From the human T2T-CHM13v2.0 reference genome, Homo sapiens, in NCBI RefSeq assembly GCF_009914755.1, contig NC_060944.1: a stretch of DNA of 64,000 bases; one strand, written 5' to 3'. Below the pieces are notes generated by a model, which saw only the letters and a program-made list of their open reading frames with translations, was not told where the DNA came from and did no database searches. A program made the translations under genes and the position numbers. Of this stretch, positions 44,211-58,553 are shown piece after piece; position 1 is the stretch's first letter; the number at the start of each line of letters is the position of its first letter.

Positions 44211-46199
44211 CCAGGTACCTTAGATATGCCTGGTTTCACATACTGCCCTCTGTTCACTCTCTACCAGAACGTGAGGCACATGTCCAGAGACAAAAAATTC
44301 CTTGTGAAAGTATTGACCTAAACTGGTCTAGGTTGGGGGTGGTGGTGAGGGAGGGTGAGCAGCACTGACTCTAAAGTTGATCCAGCACATCTGAGATAGG
44401 TGGTCTGGTAATTCCTGAAGACCACCTTATAGGTCTAGCAAGGAAGACAAGACAGCAGGTTTAAAGACTCAGGACAGAGTAGGCCAAGAAAACCAAATCT
44501 CTTCCTTGGTTCACCCCAACCGAATGGATAGAAGGCCATATTTATGGGTAATGCACATGTCCTACTTGAATATTTGGCCCCTCGACAGCCCACCTCAGCC
44601 CCCTTGTGTTCCTCCTAACTCTGCCAGTTTCTTATTATCATCTTTAGGAGGAGCTTTTGCCACTTGCTCTGGAACAAGACCTTCTAGGACTCCCCTTCTT
44701 TCTTGTCCCCCGCTTCCAAAGTTTCTTGCAGTCCAGGGAGTTTTTCCTCTGCCCTAGTGCAATAGCTAATCCGATCCAGTTGCACAAGGATTTAGAACAA
44801 TGCGACTATTTAAAAGCCTTCTGGCCTCCTTCCAGTAACTGCTCAATGTGTTTACACTGCAAGAGGTTTCAGGCTGTCTATTCTTTGACAATGTAAAGTC
44901 TCTTCCACTTCCCGTGTTCCTCAAAGAGAAGGTGGATCCTTTCCTGTGGGCTCTGCATGGTGAGATGATGCCATTCTAGGAGGTGGAGGAGACAATTAAA
45001 CCTTGAAATATCTTGTAAGTGAGGCCTTGGAAGGCAAGCTAGAGAATTTGAGAAGAGGAACTTTTGGCATGGTACAATCAAAGCCTTTTTTTTTTTCAAG
45101 CCAGTTAGTTGGCTGTGGGTTGGGATTTGAGATAATTGCAATAAGAATGTAGTTATAGGGTGGCCAGTTCCTCCCCTCTTTTAAAAAGAAGTAACTGTCC
45201 CTTTAACATTCTCTGCAGTCACTGGGACTATAATGTGTACCTTCGTTTGTTCCCATTTTAAATCAATTATCTGGATCAAACTGTAGTGAAACAGGATTGG
45301 CTGGGTCAACATTTTCTAGTCTGTAGGTCATCATTGTACCATGTGTGTAAAATAACCCAGCTAGTGCCCCTGATGCCAGGCCCTAGGAAGTTTTCCACAG
45401 ATAGCACAAAGAACAGCCTCGACCACAGCCACCAGTTTCAAATTGGGAACACTCAGGATACTCCAACATCATTTTGCCAGAATACTTCTTACCTTGTTCT
45501 GAACCCCAATGCTATGAAGGAATAAGCAATGAAATGAACTTTCACCTCCACTGCAGAAGAGATTAAGGTCAAAATTACCCTCCTCCTTCACCTCCAAAGT
45601 TCTTCATATAGTGAGACTATTGTGATGAAATTAGTACCCAAGGTAGAGATGAATATTTTAGTAGTTAAGAATAGTAGTGAGGTCTGAGAAACATCATATA
45701 CTGGGTACTCATGTTGATTCTAGGAGAACCAGAGTTAAACCAATGGAAGATATGCAAACTGTAAAAAGCTTTTTTTTTTTATTTTTATTTTTGATATAAA
45801 CTTTTTGTATCCAAAGCCTCTTACTGATTTAAAATGAAACCAAAGGGATGAATTAAAAGGGATGGTTGTCAGGAGTGAGACAATCATAGAACACATAAAA
45901 TTCTGCAGAAAAGAGATGTTTTGCCCACCATTCTTCACAGCCTGGCAAACTGGGATGGCCACCATGTTGTTTTTTAATCTATTTTTCAAGCTAACACTTA
46001 GCTCCCTGTAGTTGGTTATTAAGGGGGGTCTGTGGGTCTATTTTTCTCTGCAGATCTGTTTTATAGCATAGAAGGCATGAATGCACATCATCTACCTCAG
46101 AAGCTTGTTTCTAAGCTTCTTGGGTAGAAGCTATGTGGTTATGTGTGTACATACATGCTATATTCACCAAGCTATGCAAAAGGTTTCAAAGTCAAACTT

Positions 46200-46722
46200 A
46201 TTTCTTCTGTGTAACTGATAGAAGGCTTTGTATACTTCGATTATCAACTCCACATTCCCCCTACCCTCAGCCTTTGGTAACCACTGTTCTGCTCTCTGCT
46301 TTTATGAGTTCAACTGTTATAGATTCCACATGTAAGTGAGCACATGGATATTTGTCTTTCTGTATTTGGCTTATTTCACTTAGCATAATGTTCTCCAGTT
46401 CCATCCATGTTGTCACAAATGACAGAATTTCTTCCCTTTTTTAAGGCTGAATAATATTTCACTGTGTATAATACACCACATTTTCTCTATGCATTCATTT
46501 GTTGTGGGATACTTGGGTTGATTCCATAACTTGGATATTGTGAATAGTGCTGCATTGAACATGGGAGTGCAGATATCTCTTTGACCTACTGATTTCAGAT
46601 CTTTCCAGTAAATACCCAGAAGTGGGATTGCTGGATCATTTAGTTCCTCAAAAAACTAAAATTCCATTTTTAGTTTTTTGAGGCACCTCCATACTGTTTT
46701 TGACAATGGCTGTAGTAATTTA
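46200..46722 (-). mobile_element. L1MA-type 3' fragment
   Basis: ggtaaccactgttctgctctctg...tggcttatttcacttagcataatg...aatacccagaagtgggattgctggatca. Confidence 0.88.
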
Positions 46723-47770
46723 AGCCAAATGTATTTTAACTTTGAAAGATATATACTTTTTATTTAGCTTTTAAAATATTCTGATTAAAGTTATATACAA
46801 TATTCTCTTAGAATATTCACATTCTCATTCTTTAATTATATCCCACTTTTCATTGTAAATGTTGTGAGTTTGTGCTGCAGCCACCTCCTCCTCCTCATCC
46901 TCCCTTCTGCCCCCACCTAAATCTCCCTCTCTCTGTGTCTCTCACTCTTGCTCTAAGTACTTGCCAAATATATATCCAATTCAGAAAACAATTAACTTTT
47001 GCTTTTACTGATCATTGTTTTACTATTTTTTTTTTTTTTGGCTACATATTACATATCTAGGTTTTGGTTTGTAATGCTCTCATCTTTTCTTTCTAAAAAG
47101 TTTATAATTTCTGCTTAACTCAAGAATGATTAAGGGGTGTATGTATGTGTGTGTGGGGGGGTGTGAATGTTTAATTTCCATGTATATAGATGTTGTACAC
47201 TCTCTGTCATTAATTTATATGTTTCCTTGTTGTTGTCAATGAGCATGACCACAATATTTTCTGCCTTTTGAAAAATGCTGAAATTTCCTCTAGGGCCTAA
47301 TCGTGATCGGATTTTGAGATTGTCACATGTGTGTGGGTAGCCAGGGTGCAAAGAGGGAAAGAAAAAAAAATGTATTTAGAGAGAGAATAAATATATTAAG
47401 AGAGAGAATAAATATCATTAAGTACTGTTATTTAAATTGTGTTACTTTGAGTTATTTAAGTTGTTGTACTAAATTATTAAGTATGATATTCAGATCTTCG
47501 AGATTCTTACTTGTCTTCTTATTCTGTTATTCTGAGAATCATTGTCTCCTGTTTGTGACTTTGCTAATTTCTCCGTGTACTTTGTCAATTTTCAAATGTT
47601 GTGATGCTGCGTGCTCACATGCTTAGATATTAATGGCAGTTAATGTGATGTATTATTACTCTGCCTCTGCTTTTTCTCTTGAAGTCTGTTTTGTCTCATG
47701 TTGTTGTTACACCTGTTTTCTTTTTTTCTTAGCACGTGCCTATGGTATCTTTTTTCATTCCTGCGTTTTC

Positions 47771-47963
47771 TTTTTTATTTTCTTTTTTTTTTAATTTTAG
47801 TTCTATCTTTTTTTTAATTATACTTTAAGTTTTAGGGTACATGTGCACAACGAGCAGGTTAGTTACATATGTATACATGTGCCATGTTGGTGTGCTGCAC
47901 CCAGTAACTCGTCATTTAACATTAGGTATCTCTCCAAATGCTATCCCGCCCCCCTCCCCCCAA
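47771..47963 (-). mobile_element. Very short L1PA (about PA3/4) 3' end
   Basis: ttatactttaagttttagggtacatgtgcacaac.... TSD cattcctgcgttttc (47756-47770) / catccctgcattttc (47964-47978). Confidence 0.9.
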
Positions 47964-49059
47964 CATCCCTGCATTTTCAAACTTCTTAGATAGTTTTCAA
48001 AATATTTCTGTAAACAACCATAATTTTACCTAATCCGAAAACATCTTTTATAAGTGAATTTAACCAATTCGTATTTACTATGCTTAGTGATGTGTCATTT
48101 TATTTTGTGTTTCCTACTTATAATATGTTCCTGTCTTCTCTCCATTCTTTATCTGGTTACTTTTTAAAAGAGGCTCGAGTTTCTTTTGCTATTTCTCCCC
48201 TGCTAATCATTTGGGAGTTATGTTTTTTTAATTTTAATTTTCTATAGGAGAACTCTTAAATTCATAGCACCCATATTTAAACTTCTATTTTCCTACTGAT
48301 GTCTAGAGTTTTTAGTATCTCTGTTCCCTTCCCAAAATGGTTTTACTTCCCTTTGTCTCATACTTTGTTCCTCCAACCACTTCACTGGCCACAACTCATA
48401 TATTGATATAATCTAGGATTTGGGTTGGCTAATTTTTAAATATATTTTTTCTTTTCTACTTTTTTGGCATAGTACAATAAAACTTAAGATTAAGCCTATT
48501 GTTTCTTTTTACTTTATTTTTCTTAACATTATTTCCCATCTCTCTCTTATTTCTCTATTTATTTTCCCCTGACAGAGTATATAATACATTAAATTTTTCG
48601 GAGTAGATTACTAAATCTTTCTGATTACTTACAAGTCTGTAAATAACTACATTTTTCTCCTAAAAGTTGAAACAGTATTGAACACAGAATTTTAAATCCA
48701 AATTTATTTTCCACAGAACTTCAAAATTGTCTTACTGCATTTAGTGTTGTGGATGATGTACCTGATATCAGCCTCATCGTCATTTACCTCTAGCTTATCT
48801 TTTCTCTTCCTGCATCTTTGAGAGATTTCATCATTTCTGCATATTTTGTGTCTTCAGTGTCACCATGAGGTATATTTGGGGGTGTATATCTTTTTCCCCC
48901 ATTTATACTACGTGGAATCAGTGGATTTTTTCACTTTGAGGACTCAAATATTCAGGTTTCAGAAACGTTCTTCTACTGTTACTTTATTTCCATCCCTCCA
49001 TTGTCTCCATATAAGGTTGGTAAACCTTTCCTTTCTATTTTCTATATCTCTAACTTTTT

Positions 49060-49332
49060 CACCCAGGCTGGAGTGCAGTGATGCAATCTTTGTTCACTGC
49101 AATCCCCGTCTCCTGGGTTCAAGCAATTCTCCCTGCCTTAGCCTCCCGAGTAGCTGGGATTACAGGTGCCTGCCATCACATCCAGCTAATTTTTGTATTT
49201 TTTAGTAGAGATGGGGTTTCGCCATGTTGGCCAGGCTGGTCTTGAACTCCTGACCTCAGGTGATCCACCCCCTCCCCCCACCCCGGCCTCTCAAAATGCT
49301 GGGATTACAGGCGTGAGCCACTGAGCCCGGCG
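49060..49332 (-). mobile_element. AluS lacking its 3' end and tail
   Basis: Begins abruptly at cacccaggctggagtgcagtg and ends gagccactgagcccggc. Confidence 0.93.
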
Positions 49333-49800
49333 TGGTGTTGCATTTTTAAGAATCCCTTGGCTCAACACTTCATCTGAGTTTTCTTTACAATTCAGCTCAT
49401 CTATTAAGTTTTATTTCAACAATCTTGTTTTAAATTTCTAGTATCTGTGGTTAATTATATTTTAGGAACAGAATATACTCTCTCTTCCCTCTGAAAAAAT
49501 CAGTATGCTGAAGTCAGGTCCTGTTTTTCCTGCTCACCCTCTTTCCTTGGGTGTAAGTTTTACTTGATGTGTTTGGTGTTCTTCCATGTTCTTTGCATTG
49601 CTTAACTATTTGGTGACTCATTGTTGTATGCTCCCCTGTCATGCAAGATGTTTGGGTTGTAGTTATTGCATACATACCATGGTGCATGTTGCCAACAAGG
49701 ATGGGTAAAAGGAACGCTGAGTTCTTCCTAGTTGCAGGGAGCCACTCTGAACAGTGCCTAGCCTCTCTTTAAATGTCCTACTCACTGTCTATAATAAAAC

Positions 49801-50127
49801 TGTTGCAGGACTTTTCCTTAGTTCAGCTAAAAACAGGGTTCTTTGTCCCACAGCCATGAAAATTCAAGCTCACAGGCAATTTAAATGGCGAGTAAGACAG
49901 GGTTTCATTGGGTAAAAAGGAAGAAAATGGGGCAACAGGGACTCTTGCAAGCCCAGAATCCCTGCTAGAGGGCTTCATTCTAGGCCACTGGAATCCCAAG
50001 TTCCACACAGAAGGAGGAGGGGCCAGACTCCTCTCTGCTACAAACATTGTGAACACCCCGAGGCCCCACCTCAGTGGGCAGGCTGGTTGGAGTTTCTCCA
50101 GGGACCCCCTATGAGCTGGCTGTCTCA
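49801..50127 (-). mobile_element. MER61(A)-like ERV1 solo LTR
   Basis: TG...CA termini (tgttgcaggacttttccttagttcagctaaa...ctggctgtctca). 4-bp TSD aaac/aaat. Confidence 0.8.
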
Positions 50128-50409
50128 AAATCAGAAGTTCTCTTGTTCCCCACGTGGCCCAAGGGGTGAGGAACAAAGGGGTAGGGGAAAGGGAGCCTAA
50201 GAGAGGGCTAAAGAGAGGACCAAGAGCTATAAAAAATTCTGGCTATTCCTACGTGATTCTGCAACTTATACCCTGTGGGCTCCTCCTGCCCATATGTTCA
50301 CCTTCAAGCCCATAGTGCCCTTAGCTATTTACAGCAGGCCTCTCTTATGTATTGATTTTGGTCTACGGTTTCCTTATTTTATCTGGTGCCTTCAGATTTT
50401 AAAAAAAGA

Positions 50410-50414
<5 letters not shown>

Positions 50415-50450
<36 letters not shown>
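50415..50450 (+). repeat. (CA)18 microsatellite
   Basis: Direct reading. Confidence 0.97.
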
Positions 50451-50451
<1 letters not shown>

Positions 50452-50672
50452 CTTGTTATTTTGTAGGATTTGGAGAGGGAATGGAAACTTCCCAAATGAT
50501 CACCTCTGGTATTTCTTGATTATGATATCTCCAGGTTTAGAGAAAAGAAAGCAAGTTGGGGGTCAGACAAAGGGAAGAAGAAAAAAACGTATTCCACATA
50601 TTTAAAGTAAATCTTCTGCAAACACAGAAATGCGAAGTGATTAACCATCCTCAATTGTTTTTTCATTTTATA

Positions 50673-50702
50673 TACTAACGAGCTATTCTTTTTCATTTTT
50701 AG
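50673..50702 (+). promoter_or_regulatory. PLCB4: Branch point and 3' splice site of the PLCB4 coding exon
   Basis: Perfect TACTAAC at 50673-50679, followed by ttctttttcatttttAG. Confidence 0.85.
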
Positions 50703-50816
<114 letters not shown>

Positions 50817-50954
50817 TAATCTTTTCTCTCAAAACATTCTAATAATTATTAAATTTTAATTACAGTATTGAGTAAATATTCTTTGACATAAGTAAGAACA
50901 TCTTTAGGATTTATAGGTTGGAGTTGTTGAAAAGAGGCAAGTTATGAGCTAGAG

Positions 50955-51100
50955 TAATAATGATAATGATACTATAAATTTTTGAGCGCTCACTATGTGC
51001 CAGATGACCTTCTAAACATTTTATGTGTATTATTTGTTTAATTTTTTACAACAACCTTACAAGGTTGTTGCTATTAATATTCTCAGTTTACAGATGGGTT
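50955..51100 (-). mobile_element. MIR
   Basis: tgagcgctcactatgtgccag...acaacaacctt...tttacagatg. Confidence 0.75.
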
Positions 51101-51959
51101 TTATATAGTAACAGTTTTTGCTTAATGCAGTGCTTTTGGCAGTCATTCTACATTTAACTTTGTATGTGTTATAAATGTAATAGTGATTGAACTTTGTGCC
51201 AGTCATTGCTTTGCTCATTTCATTGATATAAACCATTTTGACCAAAGCTTTGCATGCCTCTGATTCTATCATTTATTGTCTGTGCCCTTGCAAGGTGGTG
51301 ATGACTCCAGACTTTCTATAGAGCAGGGGCTTTGGGCCACCAATCTGTTCAGAATGGCTGGGTAGGTGAATTAAAGCCTCATTTGCATTGTAAATGCATG
51401 ATTTTTCTTCTGTTGTACTTGAATTTGAGGTGACTTGGGAAGGAGTGTATAATGAAATTGATGTTTCCTTTACCAAGAAGTTGAAAGTAAAACATATTAA
51501 AACTTCATTTAGAGTCAGAGTTGGTTCCTTTCAAAATCAATGAAATGTATGAAGTGGCTAATTCGCTGATCTTCCCAGAGGTCCAGATTGTCAGATGCAG
51601 AAACTAGGTCTTCTGTGAGCTGACATAGCTTAATACTTGTTGACTTGATATTTCTGCAGGGTGCATCTCTAGATTTACAGGATAGTCACTTTTTAAGTAA
51701 ACAAAATTGCAAATGCTAAGGATGGACCTAAACATGGTTACTATTCCTTGTTTGAATTAAAATATTGAAGTAATAGCTGTTCATATGTCTGAAATTAAAA
51801 TAACAGTGAACTGCATTCTGCTATAAGATGAAACAGAATAATATTCTGCCATCCAGAGACAAGCACTGTTAATTCTTATGCAGTTTTCTTCTAGTCTTTT
51901 TTCATATTTGTTTTTCTTTTTTTTCTCTCTCCCATGGTTGAGATCATAGAGTAATATTT

Positions 51960-52485
51960 TTAAAATATAAAGCAGATCCCATTTCTCCTGTGTTTAAAAT
52001 GCTTCCATCACTTCCCATTGTAGCGTAAAGGGAAGTTCACAGAATGAAATACAAGGCCTTCTATAATTTGGCTCCTGCTTAGTTACCTCACCTTCATTTC
52101 TCTCCAGTTTCCAACATACAGCGTATGTTCAACTATAGCAAACCACTTACAGTTTCCCCCATAAACTATTCTACTACATGGTTTGTTTATGCTACTCCCT
52201 CTTCCTGAAATGTATTTATTCCAACTGGTTTGATTGGTGAACTCCTCTCATCTCAGAACCCAGATGAGAAATGTCCACTTCTGTGATATCTTCCTTGACC
52301 CATTGAATGAATAAGAGGCGATAACTTATTTTTTGCCACCACTAACCTATCCTTGCATATTTTACACTGCCTTCACATTTTATTTAATGTTTCTTTCTCT
52401 CCAACTATGTTCTGAGTTTCTTGAAGTCAGGGATCATATTTTACTTATCTTTTTCTCTCCAGGGACTAGCAGAATACCTGTAACC
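51960..52485 (+). mobile_element. L2a
   Basis: cagatcccatttctcctgtgtttaaaatgcttcca...tgagtttcttgaagtcagggatcat...ctagcagaatacctg. Confidence 0.75.
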
Positions 52486-53332
52486 ACCAAATTCTTTGTG
52501 GATGTCTAGCATCTAAAATGATTTTAGATCCAGTTGATTCCAATTCAGACTAATAATTCAGAGAAGGTAATTTTGAAGAGATTACATGCAATCATTGGTT
52601 CAGTATATCTCCTACTGTTATGTAAGAAAAAGCTATTGGAGAAAAAAGTACTTGACAACAGTGAAATGTGATTTGATGAACCAGAGATTCATTTGAATCC
52701 TTCTTATTGCTTGTGTTTTTTTTGATTATTAATCATCACAGCTCATATTAGGAAATACTGATCACCTGTGCTTCTAAAGGCATTTGCTTTTCCTCTGGAT
52801 TCCTCTACAAACTAGGCAAAGTTAGAAGAAAAGAACCCTTGAACAAGTATTAAATAAAATGTAACTAAGCTTTCAACTCTTTCAAGTGCTATTTTACTAG
52901 GATTTTGAGCAAAAACATTTTAACTTTATAAAGCAAACATGCGTCTTCATGATAACATACCAAACCACAAAGCTGAAGAATATTTCAAGCTGGATGACAG
53001 CCAGTTTAAAAAATAATTATTTCCCACTCCTATAAGACTCAGTTCTTTAGAGCCAGAGCCATGAAAACATTTAAGGCAACAACATGTAAGCAGAAAAGGT
53101 TCGTTTCTATGGTTGGTACATGAACAGCCATGAGGGATTACAGCTGAAAGCCAGTGCGAGGAATAAGATTAGAGAAACAAAACCCAAGCATCCCTAAAGT
53201 GTCATAGCAAAGGTACCTTTTGTGAAGGGGCATAAATGCTGTCAGCACCATATGATAACTAACGTTATCATCATGAACTCAAATAGCAGGTAAACATAAA
53301 ATTGTATTCCATGTATTTGTTTAAAGAAAGCA

Positions 53333-53683
<351 letters not shown>

Positions 53684-54724
53684 TTAATAGGCACTGTTTT
53701 AAAAATAGTCAATAAATGTAGTAAGTGCAAATGCATTTAAAGTTTATTTTATTATTTCTGCATTACTGAAGAATTATTTTTGAGGCAGCCAGATTTTTAC
53801 AAATGACCTAAGTGGTAGGCTGTGATTGTATTGCCATGACACTTCTAATTCTGTACTTTTCTAACTTTACTTGACTTACACGTTACTTAAATGCAAAATA
53901 TATTTTGTTTCCTAAGTGATGCTTAACATTAAATCTTTAAAAGACAGATTCGTCTCTTGTGGAGGAGAGAAATAGCAGTGTTTTTAAAAATACATGCAAC
54001 CCAGATATCTCTAACTCAACCAGCCCCCTGACTTTCCTATAATATCCACATCAAAGATCTGAAGAACCCATTCCCTGGCAGGTCAGGGCCTTCCCAGTCT
54101 TTCCTAGAATTCCTAGGTGCTTACCCACTTTTGATGATGACTTATGTCCTCAAATGCTTGGCTACCATTCAGTTTCCAGGACTGTTGACTACTCCAATTT
54201 GTTTCCTTCCCTAAACCCACTTTAACATCAAATTCCAGAAATACAAGGATGTTGTATAAAGTAGACTTTTTACTGAAGATTTAGTGGCAGCAGAGGAGAA
54301 TTGCATCATACACCACACCAAGACAACTTTAAGATTAAAAATCGGAGATCATGCTGAATAAGTTTCATTAGCCAGCCCAACCAGGAGTGTCTCTCTTTTT
54401 TCTTCTTTGTCCCTCTCCTCCATCAAGATTCCTGTTCCTGTTTCCTTTATTTTATTTTAATCACACTCAGAGTCCTTTTTCACTTTTCCAGATACTTTTT
54501 TCTTAACTGTCAAACATTTTCTGTCTCTCAATCTAAAGAAGAAAACTTCAAAATTCAAGTCCCTCCTCATCCTGGAGCTGTTTGGCTCCCCTTTCACCTC
54601 AAACTCTCCTACTCAGACTCTCCTGAGATCCTCCCTTTTGCATAAGCCTGAAAGTCAAAGTATGTCCTTAAAACACACAAAATCTAAAAAGAGCTTTATT
54701 CTTAAGAAGGAGACTGCCATCATA

Positions 54725-54925
54725 GATAAGTGTTCACCAACAGAACTTTCCACAATGATAGAAATGGTCTACATTTGTGTTGCCGTTATGGCAGCCACAT
54801 GTGGCTGTTCAGCATTTGAAATGTGGCTACTGGGACTGAGGGACTTAAGTTTTTAATCTTACATAATTTAAATTCAAATTCATATAGGTACATGGGCCTA
54901 GTGGCTTTCTTATTGGATGGCATAG
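54725..54925. mobile_element. MER3 (hAT-Charlie)
   Basis: ccaacagaactttc...gccacatgtggct...ttgaaatgtggcta...ctagtggct...tattgga. Confidence 0.8.
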
Positions 54926-55254
54926 ATAATCAACTCAAACTACAACCAGATTTTAAAATTCCATTCTCCCTTCTTGACACTAAGAAGCATTCTCAGTGCA
55001 TTCCGTTGGAATCTCCAGAATTCATCAGCCAGTTCTTCTTAGGGGCAGCCAGAGCAGGGGTTCAAATGTTTTATGGATGACTCACCTCAGCCACTGACCT
55101 CGTCTTTCCCACATCATAAATCCCAGCTCGGGCTACCCCTTCTTCTTGCCCATGGGACTTTCTTGTATCTGAGTCCAGCTGCCTAGATGGAGTCCCTTTT
55201 CCTAGCAAAGTCTTGGTCTTCTTGGTCTTTATACTAGCCTCCCCACCTTCCACC

Positions 55255-55256
<2 letters not shown>

Positions 55257-55304
<48 letters not shown>

Positions 55305-55318
55305 GCACTCACACACAC
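55257..55318 (+). repeat. (AC)22 microsatellite with a degenerate extension
   Basis: Direct reading. Confidence 0.95.
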
Positions 55319-56779
55319 GTGGTGGAGGAAAACTGAGACAATTATTGCAGGTGTCAGGATCAAAGGAGTATCAAAGTGCAGGGTCAATACAAACCTAAAG
55401 TCAGGCACAGTGGGACAGGCTGACTTTGGCCTCTTTCCAAGGTGGTTCTGAAATCAAATTGTGAGCAGCCACACCATGAAGCTCAGAAAAGCTCAAGCAG
55501 CCTACACCCCACAGGCTGTTCATCAGCAAAGCAAAGCGCTTTCCAAATACAATTTTCAAAAGACTTAAAAACACAAGCCTCATATAAAGTATTTTGATTA
55601 AAAGATATATTTAACTAATCAGGGAGGACATTAGCAGGATGATAAAGCTAGTTCCAAGAGCACTTGAGGAAGAGAATTTTACGTAGGAAAGGAAAGGAAA
55701 AGTGAAGTAAGTTTTGTCAATTAGATACAAAACTGGCTAATGTCCTATAAGGCAATAAAACTCTAACCTATTATAGATTTGCCTTTTTCTACTGGACACA
55801 AGTCATCTACATCATTATAGAATAACAGCAGAAAAATGCTATCTATTAAACTTCGAAGAATCTATGTCCCAAACAACAGTAAATAGTAGGTCAAACCAAA
55901 AATACATTTTTCTATAGAAGTAAATCATTCTTAGGTATGCCTCTTCAATCATGCTTTGATGTAACAATGAAAAGAGGGATGGCCATCTTTGCATATTATT
56001 TTTAAGCTTGAGATAATTTAAATTCAATTATAAAACAATGTCCAGATATACCTGTATTTACACTAAAAGATACTTACAGTCATCAAAATGATAATAATCA
56101 TAATAAATTAGTTTTTCAACTGTTATAATCAACCTATTAGTTTTTCAACTTTTATAATCAACCTAAGGGTAGAGAAAACATTTAATTATTTTTGACCAAG
56201 CATAACAAAAAAGCTGTTACCTTTATCTATTTAAAGTAAGGGTGCCAGACAGATGCTGGAAATTAGAAGGGACTTGGAGAAACAGAGGAAAGTCCAGAGG
56301 CTTTATACTCTCAGCAAGAGGGAAGGTTGGTAGTTGATGTACAATAGAGGCTTGCAGATATGATTTAAAGTATAAAAGTAGCCAATCACAAACCAAAAAT
56401 AAAATAATTTCAAATTTGGAGTTGGGGGAGAAAAAGTAGTGAAAATGCGTTAAGTGGAGTTAAATTGCTGTGTTTTTATTCCAAGAAACCGATTTCTGCA
56501 TATTCCTGGTGGATAATTAGTTTAGTTACTGGCTGTCTTGCCATGAGTCCTGTTTTCTTAAGCTCCTGTCTCTATTAGAGTTGGACATATGGAACAGAAA
56601 CCTGTTGGTGCCACTTTATTATGCACTGCAGTAAGTACTGGCTTCATAGTTTGGACGGCAGCTGTACTCACCGCTATACCACCACCACCACTGGCTGGGC
56701 TTCTCAGTTTTAAACTCTAGGCTTTCAGCATGTGGCCCTGAAGCCCTTTCACTCTCACCCCTCCACTTTCTTCCACTTG

Positions 56780-57440
56780 CATATTGTGATGAGAAAGGTG
56801 GTAGAATGATCTCCTTGTGGTGTGAGAGGAGAGGAAGGGGCAGCAGGGCTGGGGGACTGGCCCCAGAAGCCTCAATGAGGAGGCCCGTTTCAGGCTGAGT
56901 CTTGATAGGTGAGTCAGTCAACCACTCAAAGCACAGCTAAGAGGAAGGGAGAGGCCAGGGCTTCTGCAAGGGCATGAGTATGACAGCACATTCTATTGAG
57001 GGGGTAAGGGGATTATTCAGCTAGGGCAGAGGGTAGGGCAGTGGAGTACAGGGGTGAAGGCACAGAGATGGCCAGTGTCCACACCATCAATGGGTTTACT
57101 TTCCAGCCCAGGGCATTGGCATTTGATTCAGAAAGCTCTAGGGAACCTTTGATGGGGTTTCAGCAGGGCAGTGATCAGTTCTGGATGACCAGTGACAAGT
57201 GGATGTGGCTGGATTCCTTGTGGGAGTGGTCTGGAGGGTAGTGTTGGGCTTGAAGGACTTAATGGACAGTCAGTCACACATATGGAGAAATACGGGAGGA
57301 TTTTGAGTGTAGGAATAAATGAGAAGATTTTTCTAACCTGGTGGATGTAGAGTATGTGAGAGAATAAGTGTAGAATGAGGTTGGAATTTCTAGCACGGGA
57401 ACTGGACAGCTCTGATGCAAGGTGGAGAGAATGCCAGAGA
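56780..57440 (-). mobile_element. Old L2 fragment
   Basis: ggctgagtcttgataggtgagt..., agggaacctttgatggggtttcagcagggcagtga. Confidence 0.55.
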
Positions 57441-57750
57441 AGGGGGTACATGTATGGATGCATTTATATTGTTTCTTTCTGAAATGACGAAGAACCAAAA
57501 GCAAAAGTGATATCTTCTGTAGTACCTAAGAAGCATTTTGTATATAATCACATTAATACTAGTTAAAAATACATTGAATAGAAAGGGAAGAACGTAATAA
57601 ATGATCCAAGAGGATGAACACATGGGCGCATCTTCCTCTCTCAGTCCTCTTCTCTCAGGGTGATTGTTGCTGCCTGATGGGATGAAGGAATGAGGACCCC
57701 AAGACCCTCACAGCCACAGGCTTCCTTCACTCACCCTCTTATGTGGGTGA

Positions 57751-58014
<264 letters not shown>

Positions 58015-58553
58015 TGAGGAAAAAGAACCTCTGACAGAATATTCTGAATTATAATTAGGGGTAAGATCGTAAATGTGTATACTTATATGAGTCTTTCACA
58101 CACTCTGTATATTGTATGTGAATTATCATATTGGAATCATTAGGCTACAACAAGCTATATAGCAACTTAATGATGATAAACAATCTTGAGTACAGTTGGC
58201 CCTTTAACAATTCGGAAATATTTTAAAGACATTACAACTTAATCCATGGTGCGAACCACTGCTCTAGAAGGCTGAGATAAAGCAATGAACAAGACAAACA
58301 AAGTCTCAGTCCTTTGGGAGTGTATGGTCCAGCGGCAGGAGACCAACAATAAACCAATAAGCATAGAAATGAATGGCTTCCAGCAGTGTTCAATACTCTT
58401 ATGTTACTAAAAGGAGTGATAGAGGGATCAGAGAGACAGGCAGACATTGAGGAGTAGGGGAGGGGACATTGCTGTGGGTTGGGTGGTCAGGGCAGGCCCT
58501 ATTCAGGAGGTGGCATTTGAAGTTGTAGCTGAATGATAAGAAGTAGCTAGATT

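Larger units (their letters stand above)
47380..49560 (-). mobile_element. Degraded old L1M region with younger insertions
   Basis: T-rich sequence with scattered L1-like antisense motifs. Boundaries are poor. Confidence 0.4.
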
